Positions 10,996 to 21,855 of a stretch of 64,000 nt of DNA are shown here, piece by piece (position 1 is the stretch's first letter; each line of letters starts with the position of its first letter). The stretch covers positions 21,020 to 85,019 of the forward strand of contig CACGEC010000001.1 in NCBI GenBank assembly GCA_902572005.1, given 5' to 3'. Both the position numbers and the translations under genes were made by a program. The notes beneath the pieces were generated by a model that was given only the letters and a program-made list of their open reading frames with translations, did no database searches and was not told the origin of the DNA. The DNA is from an uncultured Pelagibacteraceae bacterium (GTDB lineage: Bacteria; Pseudomonadota; Alphaproteobacteria; Pelagibacterales; Pelagibacteraceae).

Positions 10996-11572
10996 AATAA
11001 TACTTGCTTCAAAAAGTAAAGTTAGAAAAGAAATTCTTGATAAGAACAACATTTTTTCACAGGTCGAACAATCAAATGTTGATGAGGATGTTATCAAAGA
11101 GAGTTTATTAAGAAATAAAGCTTCTCCTGAAATAATATCAAAGAATTTAGCAGAATTTAAAGCCAATAAAGTAAGTCAAAAAAACGCCGAAAGACTGGTT
11201 CTTGGTGCAGATAGCGTAATCGATTTAAATGGCGAACTAATATCCAAACCCACAAACAGAGAAGAGGCATTAGAGATATTAAAAAAATTAAATGGAAAGG
11301 CTCATAATTTAATTAGTTCGGTTTGCATTTCTAAAAATGGATTTATGATTTGGAATTATACTGACAAAGCAACATTAAAAATGAAAAGTTTTACAGACGA
11401 AGAGCTTAATGTATATTTATCAAAGATATCAGATGAAAACCTTTATGCATACAATGTTTATCAAATAGAAGGAGAGGGCAGAAATTTGTTTTCGAACATA
11501 GATGGGGATGAAAACACAATAATGGGACTGCCAATAAAAAAATTAAAAGAATATTTAAATAATTACAAGTGA
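10988..11572 (+). CDS. maf: Maf-like nucleoside triphosphate pyrophosphatase
   Basis: ILASKSKVRKEIL, GADSV, SKP, IMGLP. Confidence 0.9.
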   Translation: MVEIILASKSKVRKEILDKNNIFSQVEQSNVDEDVIKESLLRNKASPEIISKNLAEFKANKVSQKNAERLVLGADSVIDLNGELISKPTNREEALEILKKLNGKAHNLISSVCISKNGFMIWNYTDKATLKMKSFTDEELNVYLSKISDENLYAYNVYQIEGEGRNLFSNIDGDENTIMGLPIKKLKEYLNNYK

Positions 11573-11588
11573 TATAGAGAAAGTTTAT

Positions 11589-12380
11589 ATGAAAAAATAT
11601 TTAGTAATAGGTAACCCAATTGAGCATTCTTTGTCTCCCGAACTACATAATTATTGGATAAAAAATAATGTGATAAAGGCTACTTATGAAAAAATGAAGA
11701 TAACAAATGTTCAAATTAAAAACCTGATATCAGAAATAAAAAATGGAAAAATCAACGGATTAAATATTACCGTTCCTTTCAAGCAAGAAGTGATTCCACA
11801 CCTAGATCATTTAAGTGATGAAGCAAACAAAACCCAATCTGTAAATACCATCCTGTTGAAAGATGATAAAACAGTTGGTCATAACACAGACATTGAAGGT
11901 TTTGAATATAGTGTAAAATTTAACAATATTGATTTAAAAAACAAAAATATTTTTATAATGGGTGCAGGGGGTGTCGTTCCCTCTATTATTTATGCACTTA
12001 ATAAAATGCAAGTTTCCAATATAACGATAAGTAATCGAACTAAAAGCAAAGCAGAAAATTTAAAAAATTTATTTAAAAAAGTAAAAGTAATAGACTGGGG
12101 AGAAATACCAGAATTTGACATGATTATAAACGCAACAAGCATAGGTCTTAATAACCAAGAAAAGATTAATCTAAATTTACCCAAAGTAAAAAACAAATTA
12201 TTTTATGATGTCATTTATAACCCCAAAGAAACCAACTTTCTAAAATTTGGAAAGGAGCATGGGAATAAAGTTTTAAACGGTAAAATGATGTTTATTTACC
12301 AAGCTTTTTTTGCATTTAAGTTATGGCACAACAAAGAACCAGAAATTAATAATGACGTATTAAAATTATTAGACCAATGA
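11589..12380 (+). CDS. aroE: Shikimate dehydrogenase
   Basis: GNPIEHSLSP, NITVPFK, NTD, GAGG, NATSIG. Confidence 0.95.
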   Translation: MKKYLVIGNPIEHSLSPELHNYWIKNNVIKATYEKMKITNVQIKNLISEIKNGKINGLNITVPFKQEVIPHLDHLSDEANKTQSVNTILLKDDKTVGHNTDIEGFEYSVKFNNIDLKNKNIFIMGAGGVVPSIIYALNKMQVSNITISNRTKSKAENLKNLFKKVKVIDWGEIPEFDMIINATSIGLNNQEKINLNLPKVKNKLFYDVIYNPKETNFLKFGKEHGNKVLNGKMMFIYQAFFAFKLWHNKEPEINNDVLKLLDQ

Positions 12381-12946
12381 TAAGAATAGGATTAGTAGGT
12401 GATATTGGGTCGGGTAAGAGCTTTTTAGCAAAAAAATTTGGTTATCCAGTATTTAATGCAGATCAAGAGGTTGCCAAATTATACAAAAAAGAAAAAAAAG
12501 TTTTCTTAAAATTAAAAAGAGTTTTGCCAAAATACATATTTTCGTTTCCTATAAATAAGGAAGAAATTTCTGGAGCTATATTAGCAAATGAAAAAAATTT
12601 AAGAAAAATTGTTAAAATAGTTCATAACGAAATAAGAAAAAAAATGTTTTTATTTTTAAGAAGAAATAAATCAAAGAAATTAGTAATATTAGACATTCCT
12701 CTTTTATTAGAGAATAAATTGAATAGTCAAAAAGATATTATAATATTTGTTAAATCCAAAAAATCACAAATCAATAAAAGATTAAAAAAGAGAAAAAATT
12801 TTAATCAGAAATTATTTAATAAATTTAAAAAACTTCAACTTCCACTAGATTATAAAAGCAGAAAATCTAATTTTATAATAAAAAATGATTTTACAGGCAA
12901 ATCTGTTAAAAGAGATATCAAAGTAATATTAAAAAAAATTCTATAG
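12377..12946 (+). CDS. coaE: Dephospho-CoA kinase
   Basis: GDIGSGKS P-loop, DIPLLLE; aroE-coaE-dnaQ synteny. Confidence 0.9.
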   Translation: MIRIGLVGDIGSGKSFLAKKFGYPVFNADQEVAKLYKKEKKVFLKLKRVLPKYIFSFPINKEEISGAILANEKNLRKIVKIVHNEIRKKMFLFLRRNKSKKLVILDIPLLLENKLNSQKDIIIFVKSKKSQINKRLKKRKNFNQKLFNKFKKLQLPLDYKSRKSNFIIKNDFTGKSVKRDIKVILKKIL

Positions 12947-13609
12947 ATGAATGAAGTAGTTTTAGATACAGAGACCACAGGACTTTCTGTAAAAGATGGT
13001 CACAGAATTGTTGAAATTGGCTGCATTGAATTGAACGATCTTGTACCTACGGCAAAAAAATTTCATTGCTATTTAAATCCTGAGAGAAAAGTTTCGGAAA
13101 AAGCTTTAGAGGTTCATGGTTATACTGATGATTTTTTGTCAAATAAGAAGAAGTTTAAAGAAATAGCTGATGACTTTTTAGATTTTATAAAAGATAAAAG
13201 ATTGATTATTCATAATGCAGAGTTTGATTTATCACATTTGAATAATGAATTGAAGATTTTGGGAAAAGATGAAATTAAAAATGACATTGTAGATACATTA
13301 GTTTTAGCAAGAGATAAATTTCCAGGCTCTTCTATAAGTCTAGATGCATTGTGCAAAAGGTATAGAATAGATAATACTAAAAGAACTCTTCATACAGCGC
13401 TAATAGATTGTGATTTGCTTGCTAAAGTTTACATAAATTTAATTGGTCAAAAAGAGCCTACTCTTAACTTTAAAAATCAAGATCCACAAATCACAAAAAA
13501 TTTGAGTAAGGAAATTTCATATTATAAAAAAGTTGTTGTTCCTTCCAAGCAAGAGCTGGATGATCACTCAATTTATTTGAAAAATAATCTTAAAAAGAAT
13601 TTTTTTTAA
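12947..13609 (+). CDS. dnaQ: DNA polymerase III epsilon subunit
   Basis: LDTETTG, HNAEFD, HTALID (DEDDh exonuclease). Confidence 0.96.
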   Translation: MNEVVLDTETTGLSVKDGHRIVEIGCIELNDLVPTAKKFHCYLNPERKVSEKALEVHGYTDDFLSNKKKFKEIADDFLDFIKDKRLIIHNAEFDLSHLNNELKILGKDEIKNDIVDTLVLARDKFPGSSISLDALCKRYRIDNTKRTLHTALIDCDLLAKVYINLIGQKEPTLNFKNQDPQITKNLSKEISYYKKVVVPSKQELDDHSIYLKNNLKKNFF

Positions 13610-14031
13610 TTAAGCCTGTCATTATATAATTTAACAAAATCAATTTTTTTATCCAATTTGACTTCTGGATGACCAGAGTTGTGCATTAAGTTTAAAAATG
13701 CTTTTTCTAGATCTGGATAAATTTTTGATGGAACATCACACAATATAATTTTTTCTAAATCTTTCTTTTCTTTAATATCCTCATTTAATTGTATGACTGT
13801 TGTATAAACAATTTCGTAATAGGATTTTTTTTCATTTGGCTCTTTGTCCTCAAATTTTAAAGTAGTATTAATTTCAATTAATTTATTTTTGAGTGCTTTT
13901 GAATTAATATCTATATTTAATTGATATTTTGAAATATTTTCTTTAACAAACAAATAAGTTTCAATATCAGATGTTTCGCTCGACGCGTCTTTTATAAATT
14001 TAGCTAGAATTTTAAATTTTTCTGTCATCAT
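13606..14031 (-). CDS. secB: Protein-export chaperone SecB
   Basis: FIKDASSE, vPskIYP, IDFVKLY; dnaQ-secB-fxsA synteny. Confidence 0.8.
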   Translation of the reverse strand: MMTEKFKILAKFIKDASSETSDIETYLFVKENISKYQLNIDINSKALKNKLIEINTTLKFEDKEPNEKKSYYEIVYTTVIQLNEDIKEKKDLEKIILCDVPSKIYPDLEKAFLNLMHNSGHPEVKLDKKIDFVKLYNDRLN

Positions 14032-14437
14032 CCTCTTCTATATCCTCAAATTCCCCTTCAATATAATTATTTTTTTCTTTTTCCTCTTTCTTAAATTTAT
14101 TTGATAATTGGCCAAAAAATAATTTTCTCGTTAAAGGAAATATGATTAAAAAACCCAAAAGATCAGTTGCAAATCCTGGAATTATTAAAAGTAAAGCACC
14201 AAACGCTATGGCTGCACCAGAAATCATTTCATATGCTGGTGTTTTATTTTTTATCATCTGAGAAAACCCAGACTTGAGAGTATTTAATCCTTCATATCTT
14301 GCGTAAAGAATTCCAGTCGCAGCAGTAAAGAAAATTAATAGAATTGTATTCAAAGCGCCTATTTGTGACCCAATTTTTATAAAAAGATAAATTTCTATTA
14401 TTGGAACTAAAATAATAGATAAAATAAGTGTGTTCAT
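14012..14437 (-). CDS. fxsA: FxsA family membrane protein
   Basis: PIIEIYLFIKIG, LLIIPGFATDLLG, IEGEF. Confidence 0.9.
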   Translation of the reverse strand: MNTLILSIILVPIIEIYLFIKIGSQIGALNTILLIFFTAATGILYARYEGLNTLKSGFSQMIKNKTPAYEMISGAAIAFGALLLIIPGFATDLLGFLIIFPLTRKLFFGQLSNKFKKEEKEKNNYIEGEFEDIEEDDDRKI

Positions 14438-14459
14438 TTGTCTTTAATGTAATTGTTGG

Positions 14460-14488
14460 TTGAAATTAATCAACAGAGTAATTATTAT
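14460..14488 (+). promoter_or_regulatory. Sigma70-like promoter for the Tim44 gene
   Basis: TTGAAA-N17-TATTAT ending 6 nt before the ATG. Confidence 0.55.
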
Positions 14489-14494
14489 CTTATT

Positions 14495-15091
14495 ATGAAC
14501 TATAGCTTTGAATACATAGATATAATCTTGTTAGCAATGATTGCTGGCTTCATATTCCTTAGACTTAGAGGAATTTTGGGAAAAAGAACCGGATATGAAG
14601 GAAAAACTCCACCACAATTTCAAGAGGTTATAAAAAACATCAATATTGAAAAACAAGTTAAACAAAATGATAAATTTGATGATGCATCAAAAGAAGAGTT
14701 TTTAAAAGGTGCAAAAATTGCTTATGAAACAATTATTACCGACTTTAGTGATAATGATAATAAATTAACAACAAGCAAGCCACTTTTAAGCAAAAAAATT
14801 TATGACCAATTTAATGAAGCACTTAAAGAAAGAAATTCCAAAGGTCATTATGCGGAGATCACATTTATAGGTATAAATTCGGCTCTTATAAAAGAGCATA
14901 AAAAAACAAACAATATCTTGCAAGTAACAGTAGACTTTGTTGGTGAAGTAATTACTTGTATTAAAGATAGAGAAAAAAAAATAATCTCAGGAGATCCAGA
15001 AAAAATTAAAAAAATTTATGATACATGGACTTTTTCAAGAGATACAAAATCAAACAACCCAAACTGGCAACTAGTAGATATACTTACATAA
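14495..15091 (+). CDS. Tim44/TimA family protein
   Basis: N-terminal TM followed by RLRGILGKRTG, FLKGAKIAYE, WTFSRD..NPNWQL; ATG 14495 preferred over the track's TTG 14453. Confidence 0.88.
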   Translation: MNYSFEYIDIILLAMIAGFIFLRLRGILGKRTGYEGKTPPQFQEVIKNINIEKQVKQNDKFDDASKEEFLKGAKIAYETIITDFSDNDNKLTTSKPLLSKKIYDQFNEALKERNSKGHYAEITFIGINSALIKEHKKTNNILQVTVDFVGEVITCIKDREKKIISGDPEKIKKIYDTWTFSRDTKSNNPNWQLVDILT

Positions 15092-15511
15092 TTGAATAGT
15101 AAGATTTCAAATAAAGACAAAAAAGACTGGGAAGAGTTTTTAACTAGTGATGATACTTTGCCTAACAAAGACGTGGATTCTTCAAAAAAAAAAATTTTAA
15201 AAATAAGAACGTGTGACTTACATGGATATTCATTAGATGAAGCAAATAATAAGGTTAGGAAGTTGATAAATGATTCTTTTGAAAATGGAGTTAATAAATT
15301 GATTATTGTAACAGGAAAAGGATTACACTCTGAGAATGATAAAGATCCATATATTTCGAAAGAATTTGGTATTTTAAAATACTCAGTTCCAGAATTTATA
15401 AAAAATAACGTAGAACTTATGAAAAAAATTAATGATATAAAAGAGGCGAGCATCCAAGATGGAGGAAGTGGTGCTTTTTATATATATTTGAAAAAAAATT
15501 TTACAAAATAA
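15092..15511 (+). CDS. Smr/MutS2 C-terminal domain protein
   Basis: [22 protein letters not shown]. Confidence 0.9.
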   Translation: MNSKISNKDKKDWEEFLTSDDTLPNKDVDSSKKKILKIRTCDLHGYSLDEANNKVRKLINDSFENGVNKLIIVTGKGLHSENDKDPYISKEFGILKYSVPEFIKNNVELMKKINDIKEASIQDGGSGAFYIYLKKNFTK

Positions 15512-16874
15512 ATTTCGATAAGTCAGTATCTTTAACTAAATTATCAAGATTTTTATTGATATAATCTTTGTTAATAATAATTTTTTCACCAGCACGATCT
15601 GTTGCGGTAAAACTAATTTCATCTAAAATCTTTTCAATAATTGTATGTAATCTTCTTGCACCAATATTTTCTACTGTAGTATTTACTTCCGAAGCTATAC
15701 TTGCTATTGCATCAATTCCATCTTCAGAAAACTCAAGATCAACTTTCTCAGTTTTTAACAACGCCACATACTGTTTTATTAAACTGAAATCTGGCTCTCT
15801 CAAAATTCTTTTGAAATCTTCACTAGTCAAAGCTTCTAGTTCAACTCTAATTGGTAGTCTTCCTTGTAATTCGGGAAGTAAATCTGAAGGTTTTGCTAAT
15901 TGAAAAGCACCTGAAGCAATAAATAAAATATGATCAGTTTTTATTGGTCCGTATTTCGTATTAACAGTCGTTCCTTCGATTAAAGGTAATAAATCTCTTT
16001 GCACACCTTCTCTTGATACATCACCACCAACTCTATCTGTTCTTCCTGAGATTTTGTCAATTTCATCTAAGAAAACTATACCATTGTTTTCAGTAGATAT
16101 TTTTGCAGCTTTAATAATCTTATCTTGTTCGATTAATTTATCTGACTCGTCATTTATTAATATTTCGTGAGACTCTTTTACTGTCATTTTTTTCTTTTTC
16201 TCTTTGTTGCCCATTGATTTTCCAAGCATTTCTCCAATATTAATCATTCCTACATTGGCACCTGGCATCCCTGGTATCTCAAAAGATGTATTGCTTCCTC
16301 CAGCATTACTTACAGCGATTTCAATTTCATTATTGTCTAGATCACCATCTCTAAGTCTTTTTCTAAAACTTTCTCTTGTCGCAAGACTTGCTTTTTTTCC
16401 GACCAAAGCATCTAAAACTTTTTCCTCAGCTAACTTTTGTGCTTGAGCATAAACTTCTTTTCTTTTTTTCACTTTTTCCATTGAAATAGCAATCTCAATC
16501 AAATCTCTTACAATTTGTTCTACATCTCTTCCAACGTATCCCACCTCTGTAAATCTTGTAGCCTCTACTTTTACAAATGGTGCTTCAGCTAATTTTGATA
16601 GTCTTCTTGATATTTCTGTTTTACCAACACCTGTTGGTCCAATCATTAGAATGTTTTTTGGTAAAACTTCATTCTTCATTTCACCTGTTAAAGCTTGTCT
16701 TCTCCATCGGTTTCTAAGTGCAACCGCAACAGCTTTTTTTGCTTTATTTTGACCAACTACAAATCGATCTAGCTCAGAAACAATTTCTCTTGGCGATAGT
16801 GAACTTACAAGGTTTTCATCTTCCTTATTATTCTTATCTTTTGGTACTAAAGGTGTAACGTTTGATTTTTCCAT
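15501..16874 (-). CDS. hslU: ATP-dependent protease ATPase subunit HslU
   Basis: [31 protein letters not shown]-terminal LSKFIL. Confidence 0.98.
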   Translation of the reverse strand: MEKSNVTPLVPKDKNNKEDENLVSSLSPREIVSELDRFVVGQNKAKKAVAVALRNRWRRQALTGEMKNEVLPKNILMIGPTGVGKTEISRRLSKLAEAPFVKVEATRFTEVGYVGRDVEQIVRDLIEIAISMEKVKKRKEVYAQAQKLAEEKVLDALVGKKASLATRESFRKRLRDGDLDNNEIEIAVSNAGGSNTSFEIPGMPGANVGMINIGEMLGKSMGNKEKKKKMTVKESHEILINDESDKLIEQDKIIKAAKISTENNGIVFLDEIDKISGRTDRVGGDVSREGVQRDLLPLIEGTTVNTKYGPIKTDHILFIASGAFQLAKPSDLLPELQGRLPIRVELEALTSEDFKRILREPDFSLIKQYVALLKTEKVDLEFSEDGIDAIASIASEVNTTVENIGARRLHTIIEKILDEISFTATDRAGEKIIINKDYINKNLDNLVKDTDLSKFIL

Positions 16875-17389
16875 TATATTTTTTCAATTTTAATATTGTT
16901 ATTTGTAAAAACACAAATTTCTGATGCAACTTCAATTGATTTTTTTGCAACTTGTTCTGCACTCATATCCGTGCCCATTAAAACTTTTCCTGCCGCTAAA
17001 GCATAATTTCCACCAGAACCAATACCTATAACGTCACCTTCTGGCTCCAAAACATCGCCTGTACCAGAAATGATATAACTATTTTCTTTATCACCAATTG
17101 CCATTAAAGCTTCGAGTCTTCTTAAATATTTATCTGTTCGCCAATCTTTTGCTAATTCAACTGCTGCTCTTGATAAGTTACCAGCATGTTTTTCTATTTT
17201 AGCTTCTAATCTTTCAAATAAAGTTAATGCGTCAGCAGTTGATCCAGCAAAACCTGCAACTACGTCTCTTTTTTCAATTTTTCTTACTTTTGATGCTGTG
17301 CTTTTCACAACAGTATTACCCATGCTTACCTGCCCATCGCCAGCAACAACTACTTCATTATTTTTTCTAACTAATACAATCGTTGTCAT
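16874..17389 (-). CDS. hslV: ATP-dependent protease peptidase subunit HslV
   Basis: N-terminal Thr nucleophile [19 protein letters not shown]. Confidence 0.98.
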   Translation of the reverse strand: MTTIVLVRKNNEVVVAGDGQVSMGNTVVKSTASKVRKIEKRDVVAGFAGSTADALTLFERLEAKIEKHAGNLSRAAVELAKDWRTDKYLRRLEALMAIGDKENSYIISGTGDVLEPEGDVIGIGSGGNYALAAGKVLMGTDMSAEQVAKKSIEVASEICVFTNNNIKIEKI

Positions 17390-17396
17390 AGCTTAT

Positions 17397-17424
17397 AAAT
17401 GGATATTAAATCTAATAGTTCAAG
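17397..17424 (-). promoter_or_regulatory. RpoH (sigma32)-type heat-shock promoter of hslVU
   Basis: Minus strand CTTGAA-N15-TCCATTT just upstream of hslV. Confidence 0.7.
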
Positions 17425-17440
17425 GCCAGGTTTAGTATTA

Positions 17441-17469
17441 TTGCCATATTTGGATAATATATGTATACC
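17441..17469 (+). promoter_or_regulatory. Sigma70-like promoter of the his operon
   Basis: TTGCCA-N17-TATACC; overlaps the track's ATG 17461, supporting a start at 17482. Confidence 0.55.
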
Positions 17470-17481
17470 TCTTTTTTAAAT

Positions 17482-18072
17482 ATGACGCGTAAAGGAAAAA
17501 TTAGTAGAAAAACAAAAGAGACTAGTATCAGTGTTGATCTAAACATTGATGGTAAAGGTAAATACAAAATTGACACAGGAATAGGTTTTCTAAATCATAT
17601 GCTTGAACAATTATCGAAACATTCCTCAATAGACATGAGCATCAAAGCTAAGGGAGACACACATATTGATCTGCATCACACAACAGAAGATACAGGGATC
17701 GCAATAGGTGAAGCATTAAAAAAAGCATTAAAAAAATCTATTGGTATAAGGAGATATGCTCATGCTATGATTCCTATGGATGAAACTTTATCGCGTGTTG
17801 CAATTGATATTTCAAACAGGCCATATTTAATTTGGAAAGTTAATCTTAAAGTTGAAAAACTTGGAGAGATGGATACAGAACTTTTTAAAGAATGGTTTCA
17901 AGCTTTTTCACAAGCAGCTGGAATTACTTTACACGTTGAAAATATATATGGCGATAATAGTCACCACATTATCGAATCTTGCTTTAAAGGATTAGCAAGA
18001 TCATTAAGAACCGCATTAGAGATAGACCCTAGGAATAAAAAATCAATTCCGTCTACAAAAGGTTCTTTATAA
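17482..18072 (+). CDS. hisB: Imidazoleglycerol-phosphate dehydratase
   Basis: RKTKET, HHTTED, PMDE, NSHHIIE, PSTKGSL. Confidence 0.97.
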   Translation: MTRKGKISRKTKETSISVDLNIDGKGKYKIDTGIGFLNHMLEQLSKHSSIDMSIKAKGDTHIDLHHTTEDTGIAIGEALKKALKKSIGIRRYAHAMIPMDETLSRVAIDISNRPYLIWKVNLKVEKLGEMDTELFKEWFQAFSQAAGITLHVENIYGDNSHHIIESCFKGLARSLRTALEIDPRNKKSIPSTKGSL

Positions 18073-18078
18073 AATTAA

Positions 18079-18705
18079 ATGAACGTCACAATTGTTGATT
18101 ATAATTCGGGCAATATAAGTTCGGTAATAAACTCTTTTAAAGAAGTTGCTAAAGACAAAGTAAATATAGAGGTAACTTCAGATTTAGAAAAAATTAGATC
18201 AAGTGATAAATTAGTTTTACCAGGGCAGGGCTCATTTAAAAGCTGCATAGATGCTTTAAAGAAGATAAATGGTCTCACAGATACTTTAAGTGAATTTGCA
18301 ATAAATAACAAAAAACCCCTATTAGGAATTTGTGTTGGATTACAAATGTTTGCCGATATCGGTTATGAGGAAATTGAAACAAAAGGTTTGGGCTGGATCT
18401 CGGGTAAAGTATCAAAAATTAATAATCAAAATGGAAAATATAAACTTCCTCACATTGGCTGGAATGAAATTAGTATTGTAAAAGATAGTAAGATTTTTAA
18501 TAATATCAAAAATAAATCTCATATGTATTTTGTTCACAGTTATGAATTTATTCCAAAAGATAAAAATGTAATTTCAGCTACAACAGATTATTCATCAAAT
18601 ATTGTTTGTTCTGTAGAAAAAGAAAATATATTTGGCACTCAATTTCATCCAGAGAAGAGTGATAAGATAGGTCTTAAAATAATTGATAACTTTATAAATT
18701 TATAA
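18079..18705 (+). CDS. hisH: IGP synthase glutaminase subunit
   Basis: LPGQG, GICVGLQ, YFVHSY, QFHPEKS. Confidence 0.97.
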   Translation: MNVTIVDYNSGNISSVINSFKEVAKDKVNIEVTSDLEKIRSSDKLVLPGQGSFKSCIDALKKINGLTDTLSEFAINNKKPLLGICVGLQMFADIGYEEIETKGLGWISGKVSKINNQNGKYKLPHIGWNEISIVKDSKIFNNIKNKSHMYFVHSYEFIPKDKNVISATTDYSSNIVCSVEKENIFGTQFHPEKSDKIGLKIIDNFINL

Positions 18706-19422
18706 ATGAAAATATTTCCTGCAATAGATATTATAGATAAGAAGTGTGTTAGATTAATTAAAGGAGACTTTGATAAGAAAACTGAATATGAAATTTCTCC
18801 AGTAGAACAAGCAAAAAAATATAAAGACCATGGATTTAAAAATTTACATATTGTTGATCTTGATGGAGCCCTAACTGGTGAAACAGTTAATTTGGATATT
18901 ATTCAGGATATTGTTGATAAATTTGACTTAGAAATTGAGATAGGTGGTGGAATTAGAAATCTTGATAGTATTCAAAAATATATTGATGCTGGTGTCGAGA
19001 AAGTAATTTTAGGAAGTGCTGCTATTAAAGATAAAAATTTTTTAAAAGATTCGTGTGAAAAATTTCCAAATAAAATTGCTCTTGGTTTAGATGCTAAAGA
19101 TGGGTATTTGTCAGTATCTGGATGGAAAGAAAGTTCTAATCAATTGACTTTAGATTATTTAAAAGAGGTAAACGACTATGGTATTAGTAGATTGATTTTT
19201 ACTGATATTAATAGGGATGGTATGAAACAAAGTCCGAATTTTGATGAAACATTAAAAGTTGCTGAGTTTTCAAATTTTCCTGTGGTTATATCTGGCGGGG
19301 TCTCATCAATAGGCGACATTAAAAAAGCAAAGAGTTTAAAAAATATTGAGGGTATAATAGTAGGTAAAGCTATTTACGATGGCGATATTAAGTTAGAAGA
19401 ATTAGTAAAAGAAGATGCTTAA
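18706..19422 (+). CDS. hisA: ProFAR isomerase
   Basis: [25 protein letters not shown]. Confidence 0.97.
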   Translation: MKIFPAIDIIDKKCVRLIKGDFDKKTEYEISPVEQAKKYKDHGFKNLHIVDLDGALTGETVNLDIIQDIVDKFDLEIEIGGGIRNLDSIQKYIDAGVEKVILGSAAIKDKNFLKDSCEKFPNKIALGLDAKDGYLSVSGWKESSNQLTLDYLKEVNDYGISRLIFTDINRDGMKQSPNFDETLKVAEFSNFPVVISGGVSSIGDIKKAKSLKNIEGIIVGKAIYDGDIKLEELVKEDA

Positions 19423-20170
19423 AAATAGAATAATTCCTTGTTTAGACGTAAAGAATGGTCGTGTTGTTAAAGGTATTAATTTTGTTGATCTAAAAGATGC
19501 AGGGGATCCTGTTGAACAAGCAAAAATTTATAATGATGGTGGTGCTGATGAAATTTGTTTTCTAGATATTACTGCATCTAATGAAAATAGAGATACTATT
19601 TATAATGTTGTAAAGAAAACTTCAAAAAAATGCTTTGTACCTTTGACTGTAGGAGGTGGTATTAAAAGTGTTGAAGATATAAACAAATTACTTAGTTGTG
19701 GTGCTGATAAGGTATCAATAAATACTGCAGCTGTAGAAAATTCAAAAGTTGTTGTTGATAGCTCAAGAAAGTTTGGATCCCAGTGTATTGTTGTTGCAAT
19801 TGATGCAAAAAAGAATGGAGATAAATGGGAAATATTTACTCATGGAGGAAGAAACAACAGTGGTATTGATGTTTTAGAATACTCAAAACAAATGGAAGAA
19901 AATGGTGCAGGTGAGTTGCTAGTAACCTCGATGGACAGAGACGGAACACAGGTCGGTTATGATATTGATTTAATGTCAAAAATTTCATCTCAAGTAAATA
20001 TTCCAGTAATTGCATCAGGTGGCGTAGGGACTTTAGATCATCTAGTTGAAGGAATTAAATTAGGCAAGGCGAGCGCAGTTCTGGCCGCATCTATATTTCA
20101 TTATGGAAAACATTCAGTAAAAGAAGCCAAGGAATATTTGGACTCAAAAGGAATACCTGTTAGAATTTGA
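19415..20170 (+). CDS. hisF: IGP synthase cyclase subunit
   Basis: [29 protein letters not shown]. Confidence 0.98.
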   Translation: MLKNRIIPCLDVKNGRVVKGINFVDLKDAGDPVEQAKIYNDGGADEICFLDITASNENRDTIYNVVKKTSKKCFVPLTVGGGIKSVEDINKLLSCGADKVSINTAAVENSKVVVDSSRKFGSQCIVVAIDAKKNGDKWEIFTHGGRNNSGIDVLEYSKQMEENGAGELLVTSMDRDGTQVGYDIDLMSKISSQVNIPVIASGGVGTLDHLVEGIKLGKASAVLAASIFHYGKHSVKEAKEYLDSKGIPVRI

Positions 20171-20171
20171 T

Positions 20172-20444
20172 ATGCTTAATACTTTAGAGAGTTTAATTAA
20201 CCTAGCTAGAGAGAGAAAAAAATCACCGGTAGAGGGCTCTTATACAAATAAATTACTCAGTGATAAATCTCTCAGTAAAGCAAAAGTTTTAGAGGAAATT
20301 AAAGAATTAATTGAAGCAGTAGAGAAAGATACAAATAAAATTCATGAAGCAGCAGATGTTTTTTACCATTTGATTATGTATCTTGAGGCTAATAATATTA
20401 AAATTGAGGATGTAGTTACTGAGCTTGATAAAAGAAAGAAATGA
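20172..20444 (+). CDS. hisE: Phosphoribosyl-ATP pyrophosphatase
   Basis: GSYT, KVLEE, HEAADVFYH. Confidence 0.93.
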   Translation: MLNTLESLINLARERKKSPVEGSYTNKLLSDKSLSKAKVLEEIKELIEAVEKDTNKIHEAADVFYHLIMYLEANNIKIEDVVTELDKRKK

Positions 20445-20806
20445 AATACGACGACAACAATATTTTTGCAAAAATTTTAAAGGGCGAAATACCTTGTAAA
20501 AAGATTTATGAAGATGAATTTGTATTATCATTTCATGATATTAACCCTCAAAAAAAGATTCATGCATTAGTTATTCCCAAAGGAAAATTTGTAGATCTTG
20601 ATGATTTTAGTGAAAAAGCATCACCTGATGAAATGGTTGGATTATTAAAAGGTATCAATATTGTTGCAAAAAAATTGGGTATATCAGTTGATACAGGCAA
20701 AGGTTACAGAGCATTAGCAAACATCAGTGAACATGGAGGCCAAGAAGTACCTCATTTACACTTTCATTTATTTGGAGGTGAAAGAGTTGGCAAAATGGTT
20801 GAGTGA
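20441..20806 (+). CDS. HIT family nucleotide-binding protein
   Basis: NIFAKILKGEIP, QEVPHLHFH. Confidence 0.95.
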   Translation: MKYDDNNIFAKILKGEIPCKKIYEDEFVLSFHDINPQKKIHALVIPKGKFVDLDDFSEKASPDEMVGLLKGINIVAKKLGISVDTGKGYRALANISEHGGQEVPHLHFHLFGGERVGKMVE

Positions 20807-21306
20807 AAAAAGAAATTGAAAGAAATTATTTAGAAATTAGCTCTATAGCAGATTTGAAAGACTCAAATACTTCTTCAAATGGCAATTTGGTAGAAATTAT
20901 AGATCCAGCTGATTTTCAGATAAATAAATTCTTTTATAAAAATGTTGGCAAGAAACATAATTGGGTTGATCGTTTAGCGTGGACCGAAGAACAGTGGATA
21001 AAATATGCATCAGATGCAAAAGTTAAAACCTATGTTTTAAAAATAAACGAGGACTTAGCTGGTTATTTTGAATTAATCTTGCATTTAGAAAAAAAAGAGG
21101 TCGAAATTGCATATCTTGGATTACTTGAGGAATACCAAAACAAAAAGTTAGGCTCTTATCTTTTATCTTCAGCAATAAAAAATTCATTTCGAGAGAAAGC
21201 AAATAGGGTATGGGTACATACCTGTTCTCTTGATCATAAAAATGCTCTTCGTAATTATATTGCTCGTGGTATGAAGATTTTTAAAAAAGAGACTATATCA
21301 ATTTGA
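20803..21306 (+). CDS. GNAT family acetyltransferase
   Basis: EIAYLGL, QNKKLG, WVHTCSLDH..AL.NY..RG. Confidence 0.88.
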   Translation: MKKEIERNYLEISSIADLKDSNTSSNGNLVEIIDPADFQINKFFYKNVGKKHNWVDRLAWTEEQWIKYASDAKVKTYVLKINEDLAGYFELILHLEKKEVEIAYLGLLEEYQNKKLGSYLLSSAIKNSFREKANRVWVHTCSLDHKNALRNYIARGMKIFKKETISI

Positions 21307-21855
21307 TCAATTTCTTTCTGGAAGAACAAATAAATTTTTATTTAATTTTTGGTTTTTAATGATCGTAGAGAGATAAGTTATACTGAGGTTTTGATAAATA
21401 TCGACCGTTTGCCAACCAATTAAGTTGAATGTTTTTCTATCGAAAAAAAGATTTATTTCATTTTCATTCTCGAAAAAATTGTAATTGATAAATTTTCCAT
21501 CAATAATTCTCTCTTCCAAATTAGTTATTTTCGAAATTAAAAAATTTTTGTTTAATATGGTATCTAACGGAGTATTTTTTAGAGGATAAAGATAGTAGCT
21601 ACTTAATGTTTTGATTACTAACGATTTTCCATTTGAGACTAGAATCTTTTTATTTCCTAAATTATACTTACAATAGATCTTTTTAGGGTATTTAATCGAA
21701 CAATTACCAGTCTCAATTTTTCCATTTATATTTTGCTCAAATTCGAAGCTTATATTTTCTACATTTTGCAGTTTTTCAATTATATTTTTTTTGATTGATG
21801 ATTGAGCTTCATAAGCAAAAAAAACAAAAATTAAAATTAAAAAAAAATTTTTCAT
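21307..21855 (-). CDS. lolA: Outer-membrane lipoprotein carrier LolA-like protein
   Basis: Signal peptide, FEQ, VSNGK, YPLKNTPL; downstream of ftsK. Confidence 0.8.
   Translation of the reverse strand: MKNFFLILIFVFFAYEAQSSIKKNIIEKLQNVENISFEFEQNINGKIETGNCSIKYPKKIYCKYNLGNKKILVSNGKSLVIKTLSSYYLYPLKNTPLDTILNKNFLISKITNLEERIIDGKFINYNFFENENEINLFFDRKTFNLIGWQTVDIYQNLSITYLSTIIKNQKLNKNLFVLPERN

Noticed and set aside
18223-18230. GGGCAGGG KOPS-like octamer on the + strand right of oriC
   Set aside because: Orientation fits, but a single instance carries no statistical weight
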